From Candidatus Bathyarchaeota archaeon (GTDB taxonomy: Archaea > Thermoproteota > Bathyarchaeia > Bathyarchaeales > Bathycorpusculaceae): a DNA stretch of 64,000 nucleotides. Of this stretch, positions 1 through 9,353 are shown one piece after another; position 1 is the stretch's first letter, and every line of letters starts with the position of its first letter. Position numbers and translations under genes: made by a program. The notes beneath the pieces were generated by a model. It saw only the letters and a program-made list of their open reading frames with translations. It was not told the DNA's origin and searched no databases. Location of the stretch: the NCBI GenBank assembly GCA_963832745.1, contig CAWHVC010000001.1, forward strand, positions 288,001-352,000, written 5' to 3'.

Positions 1-656
1 GCCGAGCGGTCATCAGTTAGAAAGTGCAGGTGACAACCCGCAAAATCTACGCCACTCATGCTCTGTGGGAAATAAAAGCCAACCGCCGATCCGGCAACGC
101 TGGTTAAGTTGAAGACTGCTTGGTGGCTTACTGCTTCAGACAGGGGCGGGAATGGTTGGGTTTGGAGAGATACGCTTCGGGTTTGGACGTATTCAAAGGT
201 GCCGGAGACTTTTATGGCGTAAATTGCTTCATCATCTGGCATGGCTTGGCTAATGTAGCTGGTTAATTCTGAATAGTTTAAGTTGTTAACTTGGAAAATT
301 TGGTCGGCGTCAAAAAAGGTAACAGTTGCATATGGCGTTAATGCTGAAGGGCTAATCTGAACAGGGACGCCGTCAAGTGGAACCTGATAAAAGACGCCAT
401 CTAATGCAACCATTTCACCATCTAAACCATCTAAGGTGCCTATTCCAAAGTCGCCGTGCTTTGCCAACTCGCTAAAGCTGGTTGTGCCCTCATATTTGCC
501 TGTTGAGAAAGTGTTGAACGCCGTTATTTGATAGAGTACATCCCTGTTTTCAGAGACAGCAGTGCTTGTTTTTGATAGAGTAACGTAGCATAAGCCTGCA
601 AGCATTATTACCGTGATTGCTCCTAAAGCCGCTAAAGTAACAAGTCTGCCGTGCAA
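1..656 (-). CDS. budA: Alpha-acetolactate decarboxylase with N-terminal hydrophobic segment (runs off window start)
   Basis: Manual translation of the minus strand from TTG at 656 gives ...LYQITAFNTFSTGKYEG...HGDFGIGTLDGLDGEMVALDG...GCHLHFLTDDR, the ALDC motifs. Absent from the ORF track because no stop lies in the window. Confidence 0.85.
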   Translation of the reverse strand, partial: MHGRLVTLAALGAITVIMLAGLCYVTLSKTSTAVSENRDVLYQITAFNTFSTGKYEGTTSFSELAKHGDFGIGTLDGLDGEMVALDGVFYQVPLDGVPVQISPSALTPYATVTFFDADQIFQVNNLNYSELTSYISQAMPDDEAIYAIKVSGTFEYVQTRSVSLQTQPFPPLSEAVSHQAVFNLTSVAGSAVGFYFPQSMSGVDFAGCHLHFLTDDRS

Positions 657-851
657 CTGTTTTTCGCCAACCTTTCTGTTGAATCACCGGCTATTTTTGT
701 TTTACTTATTAATGCTTCTTAATTAGGTTAAGTATCATAACATCATATTCTTGCTTTGATGTTGTAACGTCTGGGTAGTCACATGTTTTTAATTATCGGC
801 ATTCGGTAGGCTACATATTCTAAAAATAAAAAGAATGGAGGTTTATTGTAT

Positions 852-1691
852 ATGCCAATGGTTAATGTAGCAAAAGACGTCAACTTGTATGTTCAAGACT
901 GGGGCAAAGGCAAACCGATACTTCTGGTTCATGGTTGGCCTCTTAGTCACCGAATGTGGGAATACCAAGCGGCTGGCATTGTCAATCATGGTTACAGAGT
1001 TGTAGCAGTTGACCTGCGGGGTTATGGATACTCTGACAAGCCCTGGGAAGGCAACGATTACGATACTTGGGCAAACGACATAGGTAAAGTAATCAAAGAC
1101 CGAAACTTACGCGATGTAACCCTTGCAGGTTTTTCAATGGGCGGAGCCATCGCAATGCATTATGCTGCAACAGCGAACGATTCAAGAGTTTCAAAACTTG
1201 CACTTTTATCAGCGGCTGGACCCTGCTTAATCAAAAAAGCAGACAACCCCGGAGGCGTACCAAGGCAGGCATTGGATGGATTCTTGCAAGCGGAAACTCA
1301 AGACCGCGCCAAATTTAAGCATGAATTTAACAAATCATTCTTCAACAAGCCAGTAAGCCAAGAGTTAAATCACTGGTTTGAAGCTATAGGAATGCAAGTT
1401 GATTCGCATGCGAGTCTACGAGGGCTTGAAGAACTAGGCGACAGGGACATGCGGGCTGAAATTTCTGCAATAAAGATTCCTACACGCATTTTTCATGGCT
1501 TAAAAGATAAGATTGTGCCGTTTGCTGTTGCTGAGGAACAGAAAAGGCTGATTAGAGGCTCAGAAATTGTTCGGTTTGAAAATAGTGGTCACGGTTTGTT
1601 CATTGATGAGGGCGATAAACTGTTTGAAGAACTCATACGATTCCATGAGGAAGAAGTAAGCAAAAAAGTTGCAATGCAAGTCGCAGCTTAA
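852..1691 (+). CDS. Alpha/beta hydrolase, non-heme haloperoxidase-like
   Basis: HGWP oxyanion motif, GFSMGG nucleophile elbow, D..VP and GHG catalytic residues; GGAGG SD upstream. Confidence 0.85.
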   Translation: MPMVNVAKDVNLYVQDWGKGKPILLVHGWPLSHRMWEYQAAGIVNHGYRVVAVDLRGYGYSDKPWEGNDYDTWANDIGKVIKDRNLRDVTLAGFSMGGAIAMHYAATANDSRVSKLALLSAAGPCLIKKADNPGGVPRQALDGFLQAETQDRAKFKHEFNKSFFNKPVSQELNHWFEAIGMQVDSHASLRGLEELGDRDMRAEISAIKIPTRIFHGLKDKIVPFAVAEEQKRLIRGSEIVRFENSGHGLFIDEGDKLFEELIRFHEEEVSKKVAMQVAA

Positions 1692-1769
1692 AATGCAAAC
1701 AGGAACTTTACCATGTAAAATAAAAAAATAATTGTGAGGTGAAGGGCAAGCAAGCGAATTTAGGCTAGT

Positions 1770-1865
1770 TTAGCTAGTCTGAGTTTTGCTTCCTTTTGCT
1801 TTCTTTGCCTTTCTTTTCTCGTCTTTTTCTTTCTTAGTTAAGGGTTTACCTTGTTTGCTCGGCAT
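1770..1865 (-). CDS. Putative 31-aa lysine-rich small protein
   Basis: ATG at 1865 gives MPSKQGKPLTKKEKDEKRKAKKAKGSKTQTS*; an AT-rich TATA-like stretch lies upstream; below the ORF track cutoff. Confidence 0.45.
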   Translation of the reverse strand: MPSKQGKPLTKKEKDEKRKAKKAKGSKTQTS

Positions 1866-1941
1866 GGATGTTCATCTAACTTAATTTTTATGCTTGTTAG
1901 GCTTTTAATATCTTTCGAAAGATACAGGCGAACAAACGGTT

Positions 1942-2283
1942 TTAAGTATACTCTCTAAAGGTGTGACCGCATTTTGTGCAACGCATAAACTGGGTTGACG
2001 CTTCATCGCCGCCCCTTGTTTGGACCTGCCAAACGAAACATTCAGTGTTGCCACATTTATCACACTTCATTTTTATCGTTGCCATAGTGTTAATTTTTGA
2101 TTCTTCCTCAGATACAACTGTCATGAATGGTTGAGTTGTAGGTTGAATAACTTTGACTACTTTTGCTTGCGACCTGCTACCAGTTGCTTGTTTAGTATAG
2201 TCGCATTTTGTACAGGCGAGCACTATTTGCCCGTCAGCTTTTCGAGGTTCAAGACGACAACCACAATTTGGACAAAATTCCAT
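1942..2283 (-). CDS. tfs: Archaeal transcription factor S (TFS / RpoM-like)
   Basis: Two zinc ribbons (CPNC..CTKC, CDKC..CTKC) and the acidic hairpin QTRGGDE. Confidence 0.9.
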   Translation of the reverse strand: MEFCPNCGCRLEPRKADGQIVLACTKCDYTKQATGSRSQAKVVKVIQPTTQPFMTVVSEEESKINTMATIKMKCDKCGNTECFVWQVQTRGGDEASTQFMRCTKCGHTFREYT

Positions 2284-2458
2284 AACTTAAAGAACCCTCT
2301 TTATACAATAGTTAATTTCAACATAAACTCAAAGATAGGATATAAGCGTTTTTTATTTTTAACCTAAAAATCTGGAGAGTAACCTTCAATTTTGTAGAAA
2401 AAGCAAATTAACAAGCACCTGATTTAACAGGTACAGATATTATTTTGGGGTTAGCGTC

Positions 2459-3112
2459 ATGGGACACGAAGCCAACACTATCACAAGCGAATGGCAAACA
2501 GTTGAGCATGCCTTAGCATACTTGGCAAGAGCAGACAAACTGCCACACCGTACTGAAGCAGAAAAGGTCTTGCTGGAACAGATGCCACCCTACGCAAAAC
2601 GTGTGCTGGATTTGGGAACTGGAAACGGAAGAATAATGTCGTTAATACGGTTAAGCAAGCCTGATGTGGAAGGAATAGCGCTTGATTTTTCTGATACAAT
2701 GCTCAAACAGGCAAAGCAAAAATTTGAGAGTGATCCAAAAGTTAAAGTTTTCAAACATGATTTAAGCGTTCCATTGCCAAAAGAGCTGGGTTGTTTTGAT
2801 GCTGTTGTTTCAAGCTTGGCAATTCATCACTTGGAGCATCCGCGGAAAAAAGCGCTTTACGCAGAAATTTTTAATATGCTTAACCCCGCTGGATTCTTCT
2901 GTAATTTGGAGCATGTTGCACCTGCAACAGAAAATTTGCACTTAAAATTTCTTAAAGCGTCTGGTTTATCTTTGCAGAATGAAGATCCGTCTAACAAGTT
3001 GCTTGATGTGCGCATTCAACTTGATTGGCTGCGGGAGATAGGGTTTATCGATGTAGACTGCTACTGGAAATGGCTTGAAATTGCAGCGCTTGCAGGATTT
3101 AAGGCACAATAA
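2459..3112 (+). CDS. Class I SAM-dependent methyltransferase
   Basis: VLDLGTGNG motif I; FDAVVSSLAIHHL. Confidence 0.85.
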   Translation: MGHEANTITSEWQTVEHALAYLARADKLPHRTEAEKVLLEQMPPYAKRVLDLGTGNGRIMSLIRLSKPDVEGIALDFSDTMLKQAKQKFESDPKVKVFKHDLSVPLPKELGCFDAVVSSLAIHHLEHPRKKALYAEIFNMLNPAGFFCNLEHVAPATENLHLKFLKASGLSLQNEDPSNKLLDVRIQLDWLREIGFIDVDCYWKWLEIAALAGFKAQ

Positions 3113-3207
3113 TTAGCCCTTACACGTTTTCAAGCCTGAATCTCATCAGAAAACGATAAATTCTTCAAAAACAAATCTAGTTTTGTATATTTTGGAGGCT
3201 TTTTGAA

Positions 3208-3696
3208 ATGTCATCAAGTAACGGGCAGTATGACATGAATCATTGGCTTTCACGGCTAACAGCTTACATAATTGACGGCATTATAACAGGCATCATCGCG
3301 GCAGCAATTTGGTTTCCATTAACCTTCATAGACGGCTTTGCAGGGTCTTACTTCGTCGAAAACTGGGCTTGGCTTGGCTACTCCCTCATCTGGGGCGCAA
3401 TTCAAGTCGTTTATTTTACCATCCTTGAAACTCAATGGGGAACATCAATAGGCAAACGGTTTCTAGGCTTCCAAGTTCAACAAACAAACGGCGCCAAACT
3501 AACCACCGGAAAAGCGTTAATCCGCAACCTAAGCAAAATCCTCTGGCCTTTACTGATACTTGACTGCATCATAAGCGCTTTTAGTACAGGGGCAGACAAA
3601 CGTCAAAAATTCAGTGACCGCATAGCCCAAACGACAGTCATCTTAATAACCCACGCGTTCGTAACCCCGCCGCCACTTAAAACATTACCAACATAG
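3208..3696 (+). CDS. RDD family membrane protein
   Basis: R..AYIID, TSIGKRFLG, RN..K and Q...DRIA.T motifs. Confidence 0.85.
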   Translation: MSSSNGQYDMNHWLSRLTAYIIDGIITGIIAAAIWFPLTFIDGFAGSYFVENWAWLGYSLIWGAIQVVYFTILETQWGTSIGKRFLGFQVQQTNGAKLTTGKALIRNLSKILWPLLILDCIISAFSTGADKRQKFSDRIAQTTVILITHAFVTPPPLKTLPT

Positions 3697-3863
3697 AATC
3701 AACCTGCATTTCTTTCCTTATTTTTTAAAAAAAGAAGTCTGCACTTTTTTCTATTTCGGAGAATGTGATTCAGGAATCGAGAGTTATAAAAATTCTAAGA
3801 GGACGGTCCTAATAATAAAAAAACAAGCCAAAGCTTGTTAAAAATTATTATCTGGATCTTTCA

Positions 3864-5276
3864 TTAGTTTCGATTATGTTGTCTTCTTTTTAGCAAAATC
3901 GTTGTAACAACCACACTACCCATTACAGCTAAGGCGGAGACTGTGACTATAATTGTCAAGTATTGGTCAATTCTAAAGGTGCTGCTTGTTGTCAGGGTTG
4001 AGGCGGGTGTTGGCGAGGTTATGTTGGCTACTTGCGGCATCTGCGTAGGAGATGGAGTTTGAGACTGATTTGGGCGAGGCGTGGGTGTTGTAGCGACTAC
4101 TGACGGTTTAGGGGTAGTTCGGATTATCGGTTGCTCAATTGACGAGGAAGGAGTTGGCGCTGGCGCTAAATAATTGATTCTGTAAGCATCACCTGGCTTA
4201 ATTGTTCCGAACACGAAATCGCTTCTAGGATGGACCGTTAAAAAGTTCCAGCGGTTATCGACACTTGTCACTGTTTGATTTTTTATAACATTCCAGTTTA
4301 CGCCATCAATACTCGACACAACACGTGAAATGCCGTTTAGATTCTCTGCACAGTTAGCAAAAACCAGTGAATCACCAATATTGGTGGCTGAAATAAATGG
4401 CATATAACCGTCACTGGGAGGAGAATACACGGTTTGCGTGTCGAACTGGTTGTTTGAGCCGTCATCATAAAACCTTTGAATCGTACACAACCTATTGGGA
4501 AAATCTTGACCAATGTATACATAGTTACCGTTAAAAGCCAATGCCAAATAGACTGTTCCCACGTTATCGTTTCTTTTGACCACAAGGCTCCAGCTGGCGC
4601 CGCCGTCTTTGCTACGCAAGATTCTTGCCGCGTCCGGTGTACTGCCTTCACCGATGATAACGTACAAGTAATGATTGGCAGGGTTAAATTTGATTGCGTG
4701 AAAATGAAAAACGCCAAAGTTGCCGACGCGTACCCAGTTAGCGCCTCCATCCACGCTTTTTAGCAGGTAGGGTACGGCTTTACCACTTGTATAAGTTACA
4801 GCGTACAAGCTGCCAACGTCATCTTCAGTCATTGAAATATAGAATGACTCATTAGTTGTTCCATTAGTTTTAAGAACCTGTGCAAAAGAAGCGCCTCCAT
4901 CAGTGGAACGAAAAAGGCCGCCTGTACCGCCTGCGCTGACAAAAATGTTGTCTCTTGAATCAACAAAAACGGTCCAGACAAGTCCGCCATAAATGTTGCC
5001 TGCCTCAAGAGTTCCAGGCATCTTATAGACCAGTTGGAAGCTGCCGCCATTATCGGTGCTTTTCCATACACCAAAGTTTTTGTCTCCCGCCCAAAGCACC
5101 CCTTTGGAATCCACATCGTTGGCTGTAAAGCTGCAGTTGGTTAAGGGAGTTACTTGAAGTTCTGCTGAAGCCAAAGGCATATGGTAAAAAATCAGGCTTG
5201 AGGTTAAAATCATGCTGATAAGGAGGCACCAGAAAAACGGTTTAACAGGCAATGTCTTGAAAAATTTTTTGTTCAT
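3864..5276 (-). CDS. Cell-surface BNR/Asp-box (sialidase-like) beta-propeller protein with P/T linker and C-terminal TM
   Basis: Signal peptide; repeated S.DGG..F/W Asp-boxes; Pro/Thr-rich stalk; TM followed by a basic tail. Confidence 0.8.
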   Translation of the reverse strand: MNKKFFKTLPVKPFFWCLLISMILTSSLIFYHMPLASAELQVTPLTNCSFTANDVDSKGVLWAGDKNFGVWKSTDNGGSFQLVYKMPGTLEAGNIYGGLVWTVFVDSRDNIFVSAGGTGGLFRSTDGGASFAQVLKTNGTTNESFYISMTEDDVGSLYAVTYTSGKAVPYLLKSVDGGANWVRVGNFGVFHFHAIKFNPANHYLYVIIGEGSTPDAARILRSKDGGASWSLVVKRNDNVGTVYLALAFNGNYVYIGQDFPNRLCTIQRFYDDGSNNQFDTQTVYSPPSDGYMPFISATNIGDSLVFANCAENLNGISRVVSSIDGVNWNVIKNQTVTSVDNRWNFLTVHPRSDFVFGTIKPGDAYRINYLAPAPTPSSSIEQPIIRTTPKPSVVATTPTPRPNQSQTPSPTQMPQVANITSPTPASTLTTSSTFRIDQYLTIIVTVSALAVMGSVVVTTILLKRRQHNRN

Positions 5277-5454
5277 AACTTTAACCCTTGGACGTTTGGT
5301 TGGTTAGTCTGCAGGTCTTGTTAATTTTAGAAGAAGAGTTTAACTGGTGAATTCGAAAGTGCGCTGTATCTAATTGGGGCAAAAGAATGTAAAAGACTAC
5401 CACTAGTATGATACAGTTTTTGTATAAAAGCGTTTTATTTTACAAAAAAGAAGA

Positions 5455-5787
5455 TTATTGGGTGTTAACTGTTTTTAGCCATTCAGAAAACTGTTTTTCG
5501 TTTAAGCCTCTGCCGGAGCCTGCGTCAAGCCTGCTTTTCATTTCGCCGTTCTCAAACAGTATCAGGGTTGGTACTGCGTCAACGTCGTACTCGTCCCAAA
5601 GGGGGCTATCATAATCATCCATGTTAACGCGGACGATAAGGTCAACTTTGCAGTTGGAAATGTTTGCGTTGAATGCTTTAGCGAACCTTTGGCAGAAGGG
5701 GCACCATGAAGAAGAAAACAGGGCTAAAACACGTTTGTTTTGGTTAAGCTGCTTAGTTAATTCAGCTTTATTGTTTACTTCTAACAT
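5455..5787 (-). CDS. Thioredoxin family protein
   Basis: WCPFC active site and cis-Pro VPT motif. Confidence 0.85.
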   Translation of the reverse strand: MLEVNNKAELTKQLNQNKRVLALFSSSWCPFCQRFAKAFNANISNCKVDLIVRVNMDDYDSPLWDEYDVDAVPTLILFENGEMKSRLDAGSGRGLNEKQFSEWLKTVNTQ

Positions 5788-5896
5788 AATCCGTCCAGTT
5801 TACACGGTGAAAAAGACTTTTTATAGTTGTCGCTTTTCAGCGGCTCCTACTGCAATAAGCTATAAGCAACAAAACCCTTTTAGGCAATGAAATAAA

Positions 5897-6613
5897 ATGG
5901 CGCCAAAACCCTATCGACGCGGCTACCCCGTCGCGGTCCTTGCAGGAATAGAACAAACCCAAGCGGCAATATGGAAAATCTACAGCAACGTCGCCAAACT
6001 TGATATCACCATCCGCCTTGAAGGCAACCGGTCTGACACCAAAGCACTATACAGTTTTCATGAAGCCATAGTCAACGCTCTACGGCCAACACTTAAAGAA
6101 GGCGTAAAAAGCATCATAATCGCAGCGCCACAAAAAACCAGTTACAGCCAAGAATTTCTTGGTCACGTAAAAGGGCATCACGCTTGGCTTTTCTCAGGTG
6201 CCAATAAAGCAACCTTTAAGCAAATCACAGGTTCAGCAACTACGCCTGCCCAAGTCAGCGCCTTAACCAGTTCCGCAGGGTTTAAACAGTCAATTAGTGA
6301 CTCGACACTTGAAGAAACTGAAAACATTAGGGAAGTTCTCGAAAAGCGTCTCAACACAGCGGACCAGCTTGTGCTGTTTTCTCTGGAGGAAGCCGAAGAC
6401 GCTATTTACAGCCCCGATGTGCCTGGGAAACCTAAACCTGAATATCTGCTGTTAACTGACAATTACCTTGCCAAAGACCGACGCAAAGGCAGATTAAACC
6501 GATTAATGCAGATTGCGCAGAACAAAAAAGTTAAAACTCGAATTGTGAACGGTGAATCCCCTGCGGGGGCACGATTGAACCAGCTTGGCGGATTAGTTTG
6601 CTTGTTAAAGTAG
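5897..6613 (+). CDS. Pelota/eRF1-like protein (middle and C-terminal domains only)
   Basis: IIIAAP in the RNase H-like domain; C-terminal ESPAGARLNQLGGLVCLL resembles the pelota/eRF1 domain 3 signature; no N-terminal domain. Confidence 0.65.
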   Translation: MAPKPYRRGYPVAVLAGIEQTQAAIWKIYSNVAKLDITIRLEGNRSDTKALYSFHEAIVNALRPTLKEGVKSIIIAAPQKTSYSQEFLGHVKGHHAWLFSGANKATFKQITGSATTPAQVSALTSSAGFKQSISDSTLEETENIREVLEKRLNTADQLVLFSLEEAEDAIYSPDVPGKPKPEYLLLTDNYLAKDRRKGRLNRLMQIAQNKKVKTRIVNGESPAGARLNQLGGLVCLLK

Positions 6614-7336
6614 CCCTGCCTGCTTTAAACTGGCAACGCTTATTTTTCCTGTGTGTAAAGCCGTAGCCAACAGCACACCTGAAATGCCTAACTTCTTTAG
6701 CTCCAACAAATCAGCGATGTCACGTATGCCTCCACCCACGTAAACGCTGTCTTCCAGAATGGCCAACGCTTCCTTGATAAAGTCCACGTTAACTCCTTCG
6801 CCGCTGCCTACCCGAGCCAAATCCAACAAGACAAAATCCAAAACACCCATCGACCTGAACTCCTCAAGAAGCTTTAGCGCATCGTTTGCACCATAATAAT
6901 TGGGTTGTGTCAGCACCATGCCTTCTTTCATGTCGAGGCTGACAATCACATTGTTTGCGCCAAGCTGCTGAACAGCCTCTTTGATGAAACCTTGTGTTTT
7001 AAGGGTTTCAGTGCCGATAATGATTTTTGTGACGCCGCTGCTTTTGAGCGCCTTTGCTGTTTGGGTATCGGTTACTCCAGCATCAACCAGTAGTTTAAGC
7101 CCTGTCCTGCTTGCAATGCGGCTGTAAACTGTAAGGTCACGCCTTTCGTTCAGTATAGCATCGAGGTCAGCAAGATAAAGCTCACTAAACCCAAGCGTTT
7201 TAAAAGCTACGGCCACTTCGAGGGGGTCAACAGAGGCGGTTAAGATACTTTTCAGCGGTTGATACTCGTCCCGTTTTCCCCTGACCGCATGCACAGCGGC
7301 ACCGTTAAGAACGTCGATAACCGGAATAATCTTCAA
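6605..7336 (-). CDS. HisA/HisF-related TIM-barrel protein of C1-cofactor biosynthesis clusters (Orf17-like)
   Basis: KIIPVIDV..G.AVHAVRG.R..Y.PL, LY.ADLDAI, LDLARVGSGEG, VGGGIR; divergent from mfnB. TTG start at 7336. Confidence 0.8.
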   Translation of the reverse strand: MKIIPVIDVLNGAAVHAVRGKRDEYQPLKSILTASVDPLEVAVAFKTLGFSELYLADLDAILNERRDLTVYSRIASRTGLKLLVDAGVTDTQTAKALKSSGVTKIIIGTETLKTQGFIKEAVQQLGANNVIVSLDMKEGMVLTQPNYYGANDALKLLEEFRSMGVLDFVLLDLARVGSGEGVNVDFIKEALAILEDSVYVGGGIRDIADLLELKKLGISGVLLATALHTGKISVASLKQAGLL

Positions 7337-7437
7337 ACTTGCAGCCCCCTTGACAATTAAGGGGGTCATATAAAAAAAGGTAGCCGTGGCATCGCAAAAG
7401 TTTAAAGCCATAAAAAACGGGTTCATTATGACCCAAA

Positions 7438-8166
7438 GTGAAGTTGTTAATAAGCCCCCAAAACACGCAGGAAGCCAAGGAAGCCATAGCAGGCGGTGCC
7501 GACATTATTGACGTTAAAAACCCCAAAGAGGGGCCATTGGGCGCTAATTTTCCGTGGGTCATCAAAGAAATTAAACAGCTCATCCCAGAAGGGGTTGCGT
7601 TGAGTTGCACGTTGGGTGAGGCGGCGACTTTGCCGGGGTCAATGGCTTTGGCAGCTTACGGTGCTGCTTCATTAGGTGTTGATTATGTTAAAGCGGGGCT
7701 TAGCGGAGTACAAACGGTTCAACAAGCAGTAAACCTGCTTGGAAGCATTGTTCGGGCAGCGAAAATGTGCAATCCAAAAATTAAAGTGGTCGCAGCAGGT
7801 TACGGCGACTACCTTAGAGCAGACTCGATTGAACCCCAACTTGTTGTGCACGCTGCGTTTGTAGCCAAAGCTGATTTAGCCATGCTTGACACTGCAGTAA
7901 AAGATGACAAAAACTTATTCGATTTTCAGTCACCCCAACAGCTTCAGGCTTTTGTTAACGCCGCACATGAGCATGGTTTAGGCGCTGCGTTGGCGGGTTC
8001 ACTTCGGGCGCAGGAACTACCGATTGTTTACGGGTTAGGCACGGATTTTGTTGGGTTGCGTGGGGCAGCCTGTTCAAACAACAACCGTAACACCGGACAC
8101 ATTACCAACGAACGTGTTAGCGAACTTGTGGAGATTATTAGGCAAGCCTCGAAGGAGAGGACATAA
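7438..8166 (+). CDS. mfnB: (5-formylfuran-3-yl)methyl phosphate synthase
   Basis: LLISP...EA..A..GGADIIDVKNP.EG.LGANFPWVI, YVK.GL, MLDTAVKD, ALAGSL, GLRGAAC. Confidence 0.92.
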   Translation: MKLLISPQNTQEAKEAIAGGADIIDVKNPKEGPLGANFPWVIKEIKQLIPEGVALSCTLGEAATLPGSMALAAYGAASLGVDYVKAGLSGVQTVQQAVNLLGSIVRAAKMCNPKIKVVAAGYGDYLRADSIEPQLVVHAAFVAKADLAMLDTAVKDDKNLFDFQSPQQLQAFVNAAHEHGLGAALAGSLRAQELPIVYGLGTDFVGLRGAACSNNNRNTGHITNERVSELVEIIRQASKERT

Positions 8167-8167
8167 C

Positions 8168-9304
8168 CTGCAAACTAAAGGTCTGAGCAGAAAAACCATT
8201 TTAGACCAGCTTAAACACGCTTATGAAGAAGACCAAAGATATGATGACGGCAGAATCCTTTGCTCCATGTGCACCAAACCGCCGTCTTTGGCTAAAAAAG
8301 CTCACGAAATGTTCCTAAATGCTAACCTTGGCGACCCTGGATTGTTTACGGGCAGTGCAAAACTCGAAAAAGAAGTGGTCGGCATGCTGTCAGAGCTTCT
8401 TAACGGAGTTAACTCGGCGGGTTTTTTGGTTTCAGGCGGAACCGAAGCAAACCTGCTTGCCCTACTTGCAGCCCGTAACATGGCGGGGGTTGAAGCTCCA
8501 GAGGTTGTGTTGCCTGAATCTGTGCATTTTTCGTTTGAAAAAATTTGCCGTTTACTGAAAATAAAACCTGTTTATGCATGTTTGGATGACAAGTTCCGTG
8601 TTGATTGTCGCGCCATGGAGAAGCTTGTTAACAAAAACACAATTGCCATTGTTGGTTCTGCTGGATCATCGGAGCTTGGCACGGTTGACCCTATCCGTGA
8701 GCTGGCAGAAATTGGGTCTAAGCTGGGCGTATGGTTGCATGTTGATGCGGCGTTTGGCGGCTTGGTGATTCCATTTCTTAGTGACTCAAAACTCGAGTTT
8801 GATTTTCGATTAGATGGTGTACAATCCATAACTGTTGACCCACACAAGATGGGGCTAGCACCAGTTCCGGCAGGTGGCATTCTCTTTCGAAATACCAAAG
8901 CACTCAACTACATCAAAACAGAAACACCCTACTTAACGAACGGTGCTCAATACACGTTTGTCGGCACAAGAACCGGCGCTTCAGCAGCGGCAACCTGGGC
9001 AGTCTTCAAAAGTTTGGGCAGAGAAGGCTTCCAGAAAAACGTTAATGAATGCATGCGAAACACCAAACGTCTCTGCAAGGGCGTAGAAACGTTAGGTTTT
9101 AGGTTGCTTGCTGCGCCGACACTTAACATTCTCGCTTTCCGTTCTAGTAACACGAAGGTTTTGGCTGACCGCCTGAGCCATTGCGGTTGGTTTATTTCCT
9201 ACGTACCACGCCTTGACTGCATCCGAATCGTAGTGATGCCCCACATAAAACGCAAGCATATAGACGCTTTTCTGGCCGATTTAAGCCGATTAACAAACGC
9301 ATAA
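8168..9304 (+). CDS. mfnA: L-tyrosine/L-aspartate decarboxylase (PLP-dependent)
   Basis: ILCSMCT.P, NLGDPGLF, SGGTEAN, HVDAAFGG, DPHK (PLP lysine). Probable CTG start at 8168. Confidence 0.9.
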   Translation: MQTKGLSRKTILDQLKHAYEEDQRYDDGRILCSMCTKPPSLAKKAHEMFLNANLGDPGLFTGSAKLEKEVVGMLSELLNGVNSAGFLVSGGTEANLLALLAARNMAGVEAPEVVLPESVHFSFEKICRLLKIKPVYACLDDKFRVDCRAMEKLVNKNTIAIVGSAGSSELGTVDPIRELAEIGSKLGVWLHVDAAFGGLVIPFLSDSKLEFDFRLDGVQSITVDPHKMGLAPVPAGGILFRNTKALNYIKTETPYLTNGAQYTFVGTRTGASAAATWAVFKSLGREGFQKNVNECMRNTKRLCKGVETLGFRLLAAPTLNILAFRSSNTKVLADRLSHCGWFISYVPRLDCIRIVVMPHIKRKHIDAFLADLSRLTNA

Positions 9305-9353
9305 AGAAAAAGGTTTAAACTCTGCACCCCTTCATGGTTGTTAGGGTATTTAT

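Noticed and set aside
6605-7336. hisA of histidine biosynthesis
   Set aside because: The motifs and mfn context fit the HisA-related C1-cofactor family; no his genes are nearby.
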